Positions 37,243 through 47,206 of a stretch of 64,000 bases of DNA are shown here, piece after piece. Each line of letters begins with the position of its first letter. The stretch's first letter is position 1. The notes beneath the pieces are model-generated. The model was not told the DNA's origin. It made no database searches and saw nothing but the letters and a program-made list of their open reading frames with translations. The translations under genes were made by a program, and so were the position numbers. This DNA comes from a virus, in the IMG/VR virus record IMGVR_UViG_3300006802_012847, positions 1 through 64,000 of that record; one strand, 5' to 3'.

Positions 37243-37755
37243 ATGGTTATATTAGGTTTAGACTCATCAACATCTACTACTGGATGGGCAATTAGTGTCG
37301 GTGGTAAAATTAAACATGCTGGTTTTATTGATACTAAAAAGTTAGAAACTACTAAAGAAAAAACGTTACACGTGATTTCGGAGTTAGAAAAAGTCCCACT
37401 TATAAAAAAAGTAGATTATATTAACCTTGAAGCCGCCCTTAGTGGTTTTGCTGGAGGATTTACATCGCAACAAGTAATTATAACTTTGGCAAGACACAAT
37501 GCTGTATTTGCTTATATAATTGAAGAACATTTCAAAAAGAAAGTCAATCTTTTATCAGTTACAACAATGCGCAAACAACTATTTGGTAAATGTAGAGTTA
37601 AAGGTATTAAACCAAAAGAGTTTGTGAAGGAAGAACTAGAAAAAATGGTTCCAGATATTACTAAATTCAACATTAAAAATAAAAAAGGAAATTGGGACGA
37701 AAGAAACAGTGACATGTACGATGGAGTTGTATGTGCATTGTATCAACAAATATAA
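37243..37755 (+). CDS. ruvC: RuvC-like Holliday junction resolvase
   Basis: ILGLDSSTSTTGWA (catalytic D), INLE, terminal D.YDG; RNase H fold pattern. Confidence 0.8.
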   Translation: MVILGLDSSTSTTGWAISVGGKIKHAGFIDTKKLETTKEKTLHVISELEKVPLIKKVDYINLEAALSGFAGGFTSQQVIITLARHNAVFAYIIEEHFKKKVNLLSVTTMRKQLFGKCRVKGIKPKEFVKEELEKMVPDITKFNIKNKKGNWDERNSDMYDGVVCALYQQI

Positions 37756-37798
37756 ATGCTTGATTTTTATCATTTGTACATTACTCTGATAATGACCT

Positions 37799-38716
37799 AT
37801 GGTAGAAAAATCCGTTATTGAAACATTAAGTAGACTTTTCAAGCATACTCCCATCATTCAAAAAGGTGGTACTGAAGTAATGTTTTTCTGTCCAAATTGC
37901 GATCATTACAAAAAGAAACTTAATGTAAATACTACGAATGGGTATTATCATTGTTGGGTGTGTAATTTTAGTGGCAAAAGTTTTAGGACTCTTTTAAAGA
38001 AGTTAAAAGCACCGAAAGAGTTTTATGATATACTTTGTCAAATAAAATCAAAAGTCAGTTCTTTTAAAACTGAGGACACTAAATTATTTTTGCCGAGTGA
38101 GTTTGTTCCATTGTATAACAAGTCATCTGACATAGGTCATAAACATGCACTGTCATATTGTGTTAAAAGAGGACTAACGGTTCACGATATTGTAAGATAT
38201 AATATTGGATATTGTTCAGATGGTGTTTTTAAAAATAGGATAATAATTCCATCATACTCTGCATCTGGAGATTTAAACTTTTATTGTGGTAGAGACATTT
38301 ATGATAGTAAAATGAAATATCGATTGTGTGACTCGTCTAAAGACATGATTGGATTTGAACTATTTACAGATTTTAATCATCCGTTAACTTTGGTCGAGGG
38401 AGTATTCGATGCTTTTTCTGTAAAGTATAATGCTGTTCCTTTATTTGGAAAAACATTATCTCATAGTTTGAAATTAAAGTTGATGAAACAAAAACCGCCA
38501 CGGATAAATGTTTTATTAGATAATGACGCAATTCAAAATAGTATAGGAATATGTGAATTTCTTATTCAGAATGGAATTGATACACGATTGGTTTTATTAG
38601 ATGGAAAAGATCCAAATGAGTTAGGACATATAAAAACTTGGAATGCCATAGATGCATGTGATAGGATGACTGAGAGTAGTTTATTTAAATTAAAGATTAA
38701 GTATAAAATTTTATGA
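37799..38716 (+). CDS. DNA primase (Zn finger + TOPRIM)
   Basis: CPNC...YHCWVC Zn finger; RIIIP; LVEGVFDA; LLDNDA; KDPNE. Confidence 0.9.
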   Translation: MVEKSVIETLSRLFKHTPIIQKGGTEVMFFCPNCDHYKKKLNVNTTNGYYHCWVCNFSGKSFRTLLKKLKAPKEFYDILCQIKSKVSSFKTEDTKLFLPSEFVPLYNKSSDIGHKHALSYCVKRGLTVHDIVRYNIGYCSDGVFKNRIIIPSYSASGDLNFYCGRDIYDSKMKYRLCDSSKDMIGFELFTDFNHPLTLVEGVFDAFSVKYNAVPLFGKTLSHSLKLKLMKQKPPRINVLLDNDAIQNSIGICEFLIQNGIDTRLVLLDGKDPNELGHIKTWNAIDACDRMTESSLFKLKIKYKIL

Positions 38717-41535
38717 TTGTATTAAAAAATACACAGACTAACATTGATAATGTAGTACAAGTTTCGGATATTCACATTAGATTAACTAAACGACATGACG
38801 AATATACTTCTGTATTTGATAAGTTGTATAGTGCATTGGATAAATTAAAAAATAATACAAATGTAATTTGTTTAATAACAGGTGATGTATTTCACAACAA
38901 AGTAGATTTATCGCCAGAATGTGTTAAGTTAGGAAGTGATTTTCTAAAACAATGTGCTGACAGAGTTCCTACAATTTTAATTGCGGGAAATCATGATGCG
39001 TTATTAAATAATAAAAGTAGGTTAGATAGTTTAACTCCAATTGTTGAAGGATTAAATCATCCTAATTTACATTATTTAAAAGAAACAGAAATTTATAGAT
39101 ACGAAAATATTTTATTCAATCATTATAGTGTATTTGATGAACCCGATAAATACATTAATTTTGATACAGTTCCTACAAAATATAAATTAGAAACGGACCA
39201 TCATATTGCTTTATTTCACGGACCTGTTAATGATGCTGTTACCGATGTTGGGTATACTGTAAGTAATCGTGCTATTACGAATGATATTTTTGACGGACAT
39301 CATATGGTTATGCTTGGAGACATTCATAAACATCAAGTCTTACAAGAATATGATGAAAACAATAATAAACCGGTGATTGTTTATGCGGGGTCAATGATTC
39401 AACAAAATCATGGAGAAGAACTTAAAGGACATGGATTTTTATTGTGGAATTTAAAAAGTAAATTATTTAAACATTATGAACTGCCCAATGATTATGGGTA
39501 TTATACTATTGAAATCGATAAAGGACAGTTAATAACTGATATCACTGATATTCCTAAAAAGGCTAGAGTTCGTGCAAGATGTTTTGAATCAATTCCATCT
39601 CAAGTCAAGAATATCATGAATGAGATAAAAAATAAATGTGAAGTTATAGAATCTACATTTATACGAATTGATGAATATGCAAATTCAATGGTTAAAAGTA
39701 ATGGTATATTAGATATACATAATATATTCAATACCGATTATCAAAATACTCTGATTGAAGAAGCACTAGTTGCAAAGAAAGTTGAAAGGCCTTTAATTGA
39801 AAAAATTAAAGAGTTAAATGCTAACATAAATACCGAAATATCAAAGGACAAGACTCCGAAAAATATTAGATGGAGGCCAAAGACTTTTGAATTCGATAAT
39901 ATGTTTAGTTATGGAGAAAATAATTTCATTGATTTTACAAAGTTAAAAGGAACGATAGGTTTATTTGCTCCTAATGCAAGTGGAAAATCATCTATCATGG
40001 ATGCATTAGCATTTTGTATTTTTGATAAATTTAGTAAAGGATATAAAGCTATCCATGTGATGAATGCTCAAAAAATGAGTTTTCGTTGTAAATTTAATTT
40101 TGAAGTTAGTGGAGTAGATTATTTCATCGAACGTGAAGGCAAATCAGACAAAAAAGGAAATGTAAAAGTTAATGTTAAGTTTTATAAAATAGATAATGAT
40201 GGAAATGAAGTTCCTTTGAATGGAGAAGCCAGACGAAGCACAAATGATATTATTAGAGATTACGTTGGTTCGTATGATGATTTTATTTTGACAGTATTGA
40301 GTGTTCAAAATAGCAAGGCTGCATCTTTTATTGACTTGGGACAGACAGAACGAAAAGATTTGTTGTGTCAGTTTATGGGACTTAATCTATTTGATAAACT
40401 ATACAGTGTGGCAAATGATAATTTCAAAGAAACAAATACATTGTTAAAGAACACTAGCAGAGAACAGTTAGAAGAAGAGTTAAAAGATGTTCAAGATGAT
40501 ATCAAAATCAATAAAAGTAAAATTGATGAGTGTCATAAACAAAATGAATTATTGGAAAATGATAAAGATGTTGAAAGTAGTATTTTGTTAAAACTAAGTA
40601 ATGATATTGTTAAATTAGATAGTTTTGATTTTGATATTAAAGATCTAGAATCCAAAAAAATTAAATTAGATTCTAACATTATTGATATAGACAAAAATAT
40701 AAAGCTAAATCGATCTGAACTGTCATCTATTAAAGAAGAATTAAAATCGTTGGAGAGTGAATTGGCTAATTGTGAAAACATTGAAGGAGACTTTGATGAA
40801 TACAGATTATATAAAACAAAAGAAGCAAAGAAATTATCAGAAATTGAACAACTGAAACTTCTTATTAAAACGAAAGTTGATAAACTTAAAAAATTAGAAG
40901 AACACAAATACGATCCAGATTGTGAATTTTGTGTCAATAATGTTTTTGTTAAAGATGCTATTGCAACTAAAAATGAATTAGAAGAAGAAAAGTTAAATGC
41001 TAATAACATTGTTTTAGAATATAATGAATTAAAACAAAAAGTTGAATCGTATGGTGACATTGAAACGAGATATAAAAGTTGTCAAAAACTACAAACTGAT
41101 AAATCTTCTAAAGAAAAAGAATTAAATAATGTTAATTCATTGATATTGAAGTTTGAAAACTCTCTTATAAAAGATAAAAATGAATTGAAATCGGTCAGTC
41201 AACATATCGACACATTTTATAAGAACAAAGATATTATTGAAAATAACACAAAACTTTTAAAAGAAATTGAATCTCAGAAGAATTTGATTAAAGAAATTGA
41301 ATTAAAAATGAAATCTAATAATCAAATTTTACATGAAGCATTAAATGAGTCTGGAACGATAAATTTTAAATTAACCAATGTTACAGAAAAACTAGATAAA
41401 GTTAAAGAGTTAGAAGAATCTTATGAAGCTTATAAATTATATACTTCTTTGGTAAGTAGAGATGGTATTCCATACAATGTAATTAAAAAGACATTGCCAG
41501 AAATTGAGAAAGAAGTAAATAATATCCTACACTAG
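38713..41535 (+). CDS. SbcD(Mre11/gp47)-SbcC(Rad50/gp46) fusion nuclease/ATPase, main part (ends at in-frame TAG)
   Basis: SDIH, TGDVFH, GNHD, LGDIH, YAGS metallophosphoesterase motifs; Walker A APNASGKSS; coiled coil; CEFC zinc hook. Confidence 0.9.
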   Translation: MIVLKNTQTNIDNVVQVSDIHIRLTKRHDEYTSVFDKLYSALDKLKNNTNVICLITGDVFHNKVDLSPECVKLGSDFLKQCADRVPTILIAGNHDALLNNKSRLDSLTPIVEGLNHPNLHYLKETEIYRYENILFNHYSVFDEPDKYINFDTVPTKYKLETDHHIALFHGPVNDAVTDVGYTVSNRAITNDIFDGHHMVMLGDIHKHQVLQEYDENNNKPVIVYAGSMIQQNHGEELKGHGFLLWNLKSKLFKHYELPNDYGYYTIEIDKGQLITDITDIPKKARVRARCFESIPSQVKNIMNEIKNKCEVIESTFIRIDEYANSMVKSNGILDIHNIFNTDYQNTLIEEALVAKKVERPLIEKIKELNANINTEISKDKTPKNIRWRPKTFEFDNMFSYGENNFIDFTKLKGTIGLFAPNASGKSSIMDALAFCIFDKFSKGYKAIHVMNAQKMSFRCKFNFEVSGVDYFIEREGKSDKKGNVKVNVKFYKIDNDGNEVPLNGEARRSTNDIIRDYVGSYDDFILTVLSVQNSKAASFIDLGQTERKDLLCQFMGLNLFDKLYSVANDNFKETNTLLKNTSREQLEEELKDVQDDIKINKSKIDECHKQNELLENDKDVESSILLKLSNDIVKLDSFDFDIKDLESKKIKLDSNIIDIDKNIKLNRSELSSIKEELKSLESELANCENIEGDFDEYRLYKTKEAKKLSEIEQLKLLIKTKVDKLKKLEEHKYDPDCEFCVNNVFVKDAIATKNELEEEKLNANNIVLEYNELKQKVESYGDIETRYKSCQKLQTDKSSKEKELNNVNSLILKFENSLIKDKNELKSVSQHIDTFYKNKDIIENNTKLLKEIESQKNLIKEIELKMKSNNQILHEALNESGTINFKLTNVTEKLDKVKELEESYEAYKLYTSLVSRDGIPYNVIKKTLPEIEKEVNNILH

Positions 41536-41901
41536 ATTGTAGAATTTACTATTACTTTGAATACAGATGGTAAAAATATAATGACCAATATTGTGTACGA
41601 TGATAAATATTGGCCTTTAGAAATGGCAAGTGGTATGGAGAAGTTTATTAGTGGACTCGCAATAAGAGTAAGTTTAATCAATATTAGCAATTTACCAAGA
41701 CCAAATTGTATATGTATTGATGAAGGATTTGGTTGTGCTGATAGTGATCACTTGGGTCAGATGGGTTCATTATTTACATACTTAAAACACCAATTTGAAT
41801 TCATTTGGGTTATTAGTCATTTGGATCAATTAAGAGACATGGTTGACGAACATCTAGAAATTAAAAAAGAAAATGGATTTAGTAAGATAAATTGTGTTTG
41901 A
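41536..41901 (+). CDS. C-terminal ABC-ATPase part of the SbcCD fusion, in frame after the TAG
   Basis: Signature ASGMEK, Walker B/D-loop ICIDEGFGCAD, H-loop ISH; same frame as 38713. Confidence 0.85.
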   Translation: MVEFTITLNTDGKNIMTNIVYDDKYWPLEMASGMEKFISGLAIRVSLINISNLPRPNCICIDEGFGCADSDHLGQMGSLFTYLKHQFEFIWVISHLDQLRDMVDEHLEIKKENGFSKINCV

Positions 41902-41918
41902 TTTATTTTTAAACAGTT

Positions 41919-41952
41919 CCGTCAAAGTGAATGCCATTCTGACGGTTTTTTT
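41919..41952 (+). terminator. Rho-independent terminator
   Basis: CCGTCA...TGACGG stem with an inner GAAT/ATTC stem, followed by T7. Confidence 0.65.
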
Positions 41953-42025
41953 GTGCATTTGTTATTTTTTTGTCTAAAAAGTTCAAAGTCGTTATAAATA
42001 GTATGATGTTCGACTTTTTTGGCAA

Positions 42026-42033
42026 TATTTATA
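42026..42033 (+). promoter_or_regulatory. Putative phage late promoter TATTTATA (representative copy)
   Basis: TATTTAT also at 525, 2060, 5309, 21925, 34111, 36718, 46144, 46907, 54794, 57418, 58945, 63202 and 58905-58911 (minus strand); variants TAATTAT (10325, 20061) and TACTTAT (50496, 51718). Confidence 0.65.
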
Positions 42034-42084
42034 AATTAACATAACTTAAAAAAAGTTAAAAGTTTACTGAAAGGAAAATAACAT

Positions 42085-45000
42085 ATGCCAATACAAGAAG
42101 GTGGAAGATTCAGTCCAACACAAAATATAGTGAGTCCAGGCGTATTTACACGCGAAAACGACTTATCGGGGCTAGCACAAGGCGTAGCCAACATAGGAGG
42201 GGCAATTGTGGCGCCGTTTGCTGACGGTCCCGCGTTTTACCCCAATATTATAACAGACGTAGCAACTTTAGAACAACGATTCGGTTTAGCCGATGGAATT
42301 TACTACGGTCCATATACAGCAAAAGAATATTTGTTGCAACAAGGTATTGTGACAATTGTTCGTGTAGGTGGATTAACTGGTTACTGGCAGAAAAACCCAC
42401 TAGTGGTTTATGCCCAACCAGGTGAATGGGATAGAAGTTCGGACATAGGAGCGTTAACAACAGCGTCCTTTATGTACTTAAATAGTGATGATTATACCAC
42501 TAATATTCAATATGTACATAGTTCGTCCGCGTATGAAATTTCAGCATCTACATCAGTTCACAGAACCGGTTCATTATCTGGTGTGGGATGTACAGGTCAA
42601 TTAACTACGTTGTCCGAAATTTCTTCCTTTTTGGGATCTAATTCTGGCCTACCGTCAATTAATAATTTATCTGCTTCATTAGCAGCTGCATATGGGGATC
42701 GTAAATTAGTATCATTGACAAGTATTCAAGCTTATACCGCATTTTCTGCATCTGTTGTTGCAGGTGGTAAAAAAGTTGGAACTACTTCCGACTACACACT
42801 TGCTTGGTGGGATGTTAATAAAACAATTCCATCTGGTTCATTGTATGAATCTGGAAGTAATGGTTCAAGTACTATTGGCATTAATTCTACACTTAATGGT
42901 ACTTACACTCCAGGCGGTGGAAAATCATTTAGTGCTGGATCTGGTTCATATCTGACTGCTTCGGTTATTATGACCACCTCTGGACAAATTAAATGGCCAT
43001 TTGTGTTTGTCAATAATGCTGTTTCAACTGGAGTTACTGTAACTTCTTATGTGAATAATGCAGAGGCACAACCAACTGGAAGTAACTTTAGAGTTATTTC
43101 TTCGTATGATAACTCATCTATGGTGTTTAGTGGAAGTATCAATGCTAGATTTGGTCCAAAAGGAGCTACTAGTGGATATCCATCATCTTATAATGGAGAA
43201 GGAGCTAGTTTAAGTGGAAGTAAATTATATTACAATAAACAAGTTTCTTTAGGTACTGTTAAAACTGGAATGTTGGCAAGGTCATTCGATGGGGTAAGTT
43301 TACCATCATGGGCTGCTGGATATCATTATTTATCCTCCAGTGTTCAAGGATCGGATACTGATGAAGAAACACAAATTGCAACAGCAATTGCAGAAAGTAC
43401 AGAAACTACTTACTTATTATCTTGTAGTGTTCTTAATGTAGGAAGTACTACTTCTCAACTCTCATTGACATACGATCAAGATACATTTGATGCTACTAGT
43501 ACATTATACATAAAGTCTGGTAGTTTCACTGCTGTTCGTAGTGCCGCAACTTGTGGTGCTGGTTTAAGATTCTTAGGTATAATTAACGGTGAATATGGTC
43601 CATTTGCTGGAACATTTACTGCTAGTGATGCCGGATTAAATGATCCATGTAATCCAGTAACTGATGTACGTAAACCAATGGTATTATCTGTATTAGCAAA
43701 TACCCAAAATGCTTCTACGCAATTTGGAACAGATTATACAGTTAATGGGTTTGCAACTTCAACCATTAGTCAACAAACTAGTTCGGTATTTCCATACAAT
43801 GGAGGCGTTAATCCTACAGAGAATGATTATCAATTAGTATTGAAGTATAACTACACTGACACAGAAGATAATACTTTTGCTGGCACTTATGGTTATTATA
43901 ACTTTAGTTTAAATGAAAGTGATAATAACTACATTAAAGATGTATTTGGTATGATTGCTACTGTTGGTAATCCTGCTAAACAAATTGCTGGACAAAAAGT
44001 TGAAGCAGCTTACAACTATGTATTGTTTGAAGATTCTATCAAACGATTCTTAGCTGAGAAAACTAGACCTTCGGCTGAAGGTGGTGGTTGGCAGTTAAGA
44101 GTTGCTTCAGTGCCATCTGCTTCGTTCTCCACAGGCGAATCTATGAAGTTTGTTGATCAATATTCATATGATCCAAATAGCGGTGACTCACAGTTTGCTA
44201 TCACAAATGCAAAAACACCATGGATTTATTCTCAAAAGGTATCTCCATTCAAGGGTAGTGCTGATGAAGCTGCTAAACCAACCAAATTCAAATTATTTAA
44301 AGTTCACACATTAAGTGATGGTACTTTAAGTAATAAGAAATATAAGATTGAAATTAGTAACGTTAAATTAGCAGGCACAGTTCCAGGTAGTGATTGGGGT
44401 ACATTCACACTTGCTGTACGTGCTTATAGTGATACTGATAAGAGACCTAAGTATTTGGAAATCTTCCAGAACTTAAATCTAAACCCAGACAGTGCTAACT
44501 TTGTTGCACGTAGAATTGGTGATAGATATTCTTATATTACGTTTGCTGGCAAGATCATAGAATTCGGTACTTATGCTAATTTGAGTAAGTATATCAGAAT
44601 TGAAATGACTGACGTTGCTTATCCAGATATTGTTGTTCCTTATGGATTTGAATCATACTATGCTCCGGTAGACGGAACAATGAGTACATTGTTACCTGCT
44701 GTAAGATATAGTAAGGCTTCTATCTTCGGATTGTCGCCTGGTAAATATCCATCTGGTACTGTGTTTGGTGAGGTTCCAGAAGCATCTGACGAACTTGCTT
44801 CTCTATATCCTACATCTTCGTTTGGTGTTGGTGTTGAAAATGACACTAAGAATTGGTTTAAACCACTTCCAACTTATGGTGGTGCTGATCAAAATGGTGA
44901 CAACATTGACTTCAGTTTGGAAGATAAATCTTATGGAGGAGGAACTAGTGGATATTATGGACAAGGTGTACCAGCAAGTACAGGTTCTTTACTTGCTCCA

Positions 45001-46062
45001 AGTCTAAGTGGTAGTATTCCTGCTACATACGATCCAGTTAATGAAACTACTTACGTTAAACTTCGTAAATTCATTCTCGGATTCCAAGGTGGTTTTGATG
45101 GTCAATGGCCAGCAATTCCAATTAATGTAGGAAGTGATATTACTGCTGGTAACACTCAAGGTATGGATTGTACAAATATCAAGAGTCCAGGTAGTATCGC
45201 ATACAAACAATGTATTGCTGCTCTTGGAAATGCAGATGAGTTCGATATCAACTTGATTGTATTGCCAGGTATCTTCAGAGAACAACACAGCTATGTAACT
45301 GAAATTACAATTGATATGTGTGAAGCTCGTGGAGATTGTTTCTACATTATGGATAACGTAGTATTCCCTGCTAGTAACCAATCTATTGGATTAATTGATG
45401 CAGCTCTTAATTCGGTTGCTACAATTGATAGTAACTATGTTGGTACATACTATCCATGGGTTAAGATTCTTGATACGAACATGAACAAGATCATCAGTGT
45501 TCCTCCATCAGTTGTCTTACCGTCGGTATACGCATCAAATGATAATGCTGCTGCTGAATGGTATGCTCCAGCTGGTTTAAATCGTGGTGGAATTACAACT
45601 GCTGTTCAAGTTCTTGATAGATTGACACACGCAGAACGTGATCAACTCTATGAAGGTCGTGTCAATCCAATCGCTGCGTTCCCAGGTCAAGGTATTGTAG
45701 TTTGGGGTCAAAAGACTCTCCAAATTGCTCCAAGTGCTCTTGATAGAATTAATGTAAGAAGATTGTTGATCAACTTGAAGAAGTTTATTGCAAGTTCAAG
45801 CAACTATTTGGTATTCGAACAAAATGTTGCTTCTACACGTAATAGATTCTTGAGCATCGTCAATCCATTCTTGGAAAGTGTACAACAACGTAATGGTATT
45901 TACGCTTACCAAGTCAAGATGGATGCCGAAAACAACACACCAGACTTGATTGATAGAAACATCCTATACGGACAAATCTTCATTCAACCAACCAGAACCG
46001 CTGAGTTCATTATCTTGGACTTCAACATTCTGCCAACTGGAGGGGCTAGTTTTAGTGCTTAA
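42085..46062 (+). CDS. gp18: Contractile tail sheath protein (gp18-like) with large insertion
   Basis: VSPGVFTRENDLS; WYAPAGLNRG; LYEGRVNPIA.FPGQG..VWGQKTL...SALDRINVRRLL; LVFEQN; QPTRTAEFI.LDF. Confidence 0.95.
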   Translation: MPIQEGGRFSPTQNIVSPGVFTRENDLSGLAQGVANIGGAIVAPFADGPAFYPNIITDVATLEQRFGLADGIYYGPYTAKEYLLQQGIVTIVRVGGLTGYWQKNPLVVYAQPGEWDRSSDIGALTTASFMYLNSDDYTTNIQYVHSSSAYEISASTSVHRTGSLSGVGCTGQLTTLSEISSFLGSNSGLPSINNLSASLAAAYGDRKLVSLTSIQAYTAFSASVVAGGKKVGTTSDYTLAWWDVNKTIPSGSLYESGSNGSSTIGINSTLNGTYTPGGGKSFSAGSGSYLTASVIMTTSGQIKWPFVFVNNAVSTGVTVTSYVNNAEAQPTGSNFRVISSYDNSSMVFSGSINARFGPKGATSGYPSSYNGEGASLSGSKLYYNKQVSLGTVKTGMLARSFDGVSLPSWAAGYHYLSSSVQGSDTDEETQIATAIAESTETTYLLSCSVLNVGSTTSQLSLTYDQDTFDATSTLYIKSGSFTAVRSAATCGAGLRFLGIINGEYGPFAGTFTASDAGLNDPCNPVTDVRKPMVLSVLANTQNASTQFGTDYTVNGFATSTISQQTSSVFPYNGGVNPTENDYQLVLKYNYTDTEDNTFAGTYGYYNFSLNESDNNYIKDVFGMIATVGNPAKQIAGQKVEAAYNYVLFEDSIKRFLAEKTRPSAEGGGWQLRVASVPSASFSTGESMKFVDQYSYDPNSGDSQFAITNAKTPWIYSQKVSPFKGSADEAAKPTKFKLFKVHTLSDGTLSNKKYKIEISNVKLAGTVPGSDWGTFTLAVRAYSDTDKRPKYLEIFQNLNLNPDSANFVARRIGDRYSYITFAGKIIEFGTYANLSKYIRIEMTDVAYPDIVVPYGFESYYAPVDGTMSTLLPAVRYSKASIFGLSPGKYPSGTVFGEVPEASDELASLYPTSSFGVGVENDTKNWFKPLPTYGGADQNGDNIDFSLEDKSYGGGTSGYYGQGVPASTGSLLAPSLSGSIPATYDPVNETTYVKLRKFILGFQGGFDGQWPAIPINVGSDITAGNTQGMDCTNIKSPGSIAYKQCIAALGNADEFDINLIVLPGIFREQHSYVTEITIDMCEARGDCFYIMDNVVFPASNQSIGLIDAALNSVATIDSNYVGTYYPWVKILDTNMNKIISVPPSVVLPSVYASNDNAAAEWYAPAGLNRGGITTAVQVLDRLTHAERDQLYEGRVNPIAAFPGQGIVVWGQKTLQIAPSALDRINVRRLLINLKKFIASSSNYLVFEQNVASTRNRFLSIVNPFLESVQQRNGIYAYQVKMDAENNTPDLIDRNILYGQIFIQPTRTAEFIILDFNILPTGGASFSA

Positions 46063-46073
46063 TTAAAAAACAC

Positions 46074-46101
46074 AAAACCTCATCGTAATTGATGAGGTTT
46101 T
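46074..46101 (+). terminator. Rho-independent terminator
   Basis: AAAACCTCATC/GATGAGGTTTT stem after the sheath gene. Confidence 0.85.
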
Positions 46102-46154
46102 ATTTTGTTTACTAGGTTTTTAACTTTTTACCCACTTATATACTATTTATTAAT

Positions 46155-46898
46155 ATGAAGAATATTAAAAAAATCTGTGAATGGACTGGTCAAGAATTTT
46201 ATGTTGATTTTAAACATAGAAATCAAAGATTTATAGATAAAAATGCAATGTATACTTGGCGAAAAAATCAAAATAGAGAAACTGTTAAATGTTTAAAATG
46301 TGGAAACGAATTTGAAAGATATAAAAATATATTACATCCAAAAAGCGGAAAACCCACACAATATTGTTCCAATGAATGTAACAGAACGTCCGATGAAAAA
46401 CGAGAAAAATTAAAAAAATGGGCAAATTCAAACAGTAATCATTGGTTTAATAAAAAGTGTCAATCTAAAGTAAAATTGACAAAACTTGAAAAATACGGAG
46501 ATGAAAATTACAACAATACAGAAAAGTCAATAGAAACTTGTTTATCTAAATATGGTGTTCCGTATACAGTTTATTTACCACATGTTAGATCAAATGGCAA
46601 AACCATATCTAAATTTCAAAAAAGAATTTATGATGAGGTTAAAAAAGAATATTCGGATGCTTTATTAGAAGAATATCTGTCGGATATAAATAAATCGGTC
46701 GATATTTATGTTCCTTCAAAGAAACTAATAATAGAATGTTTTGGTGATTATTGGCATTGTAATCCAAACGTATATAAACCAGAATACTATCATAAAAATG
46801 TTAAGTTAACAGCTAAACAAATTTGGGATAGAGATAATGAACGAATTGAACATTTCAAAAAACTCGGTTATGATATAAAAATAGTTTGGGAATCATAA
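46155..46898 (+). CDS. Free-standing putative homing endonuclease (Zn-binding repeats + Vsr/DUF559-like nuclease)
   Basis: CLKC, YCSNEC; KYG repeats; DIYVPSKKLIIECFGDYWH...D..R......GY.IKIVWE. Confidence 0.75.
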   Translation: MKNIKKICEWTGQEFYVDFKHRNQRFIDKNAMYTWRKNQNRETVKCLKCGNEFERYKNILHPKSGKPTQYCSNECNRTSDEKREKLKKWANSNSNHWFNKKCQSKVKLTKLEKYGDENYNNTEKSIETCLSKYGVPYTVYLPHVRSNGKTISKFQKRIYDEVKKEYSDALLEEYLSDINKSVDIYVPSKKLIIECFGDYWHCNPNVYKPEYYHKNVKLTAKQIWDRDNERIEHFKKLGYDIKIVWES

Positions 46899-46918
46899 AC
46901 AGTTTATATTTATAATAT

Positions 46919-47206
46919 ATGATACTTTTTTCTAAAATTTTTAATGATATCAAAGAATCGGATGAATCTGGTAATTACGATGAACTAGTCAGATTAATTG
47001 ATGTTGTTTTGAATGATACTAATAAATTAGTTGTAGATAACTTAGAAGCTATTAAAAAAATGATTCAAAGCGGTAATATTAATAAAGACATTTTAGAAGT
47101 TTATTTATCTAATTACAAACGTTATTTTAATAGAGATAGTGGTGGAACACCAGAAGTAGTTAGAGGAATAACAATGCAAAGTAAAATCGAGGATTTATTA
47201 AAATGA
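46919..47206 (+). CDS. Hypothetical protein
   Basis: 95-aa ORF after TATTTATA; overlaps the next gene. Confidence 0.65.
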   Translation: MILFSKIFNDIKESDESGNYDELVRLIDVVLNDTNKLVVDNLEAIKKMIQSGNINKDILEVYLSNYKRYFNRDSGGTPEVVRGITMQSKIEDLLK

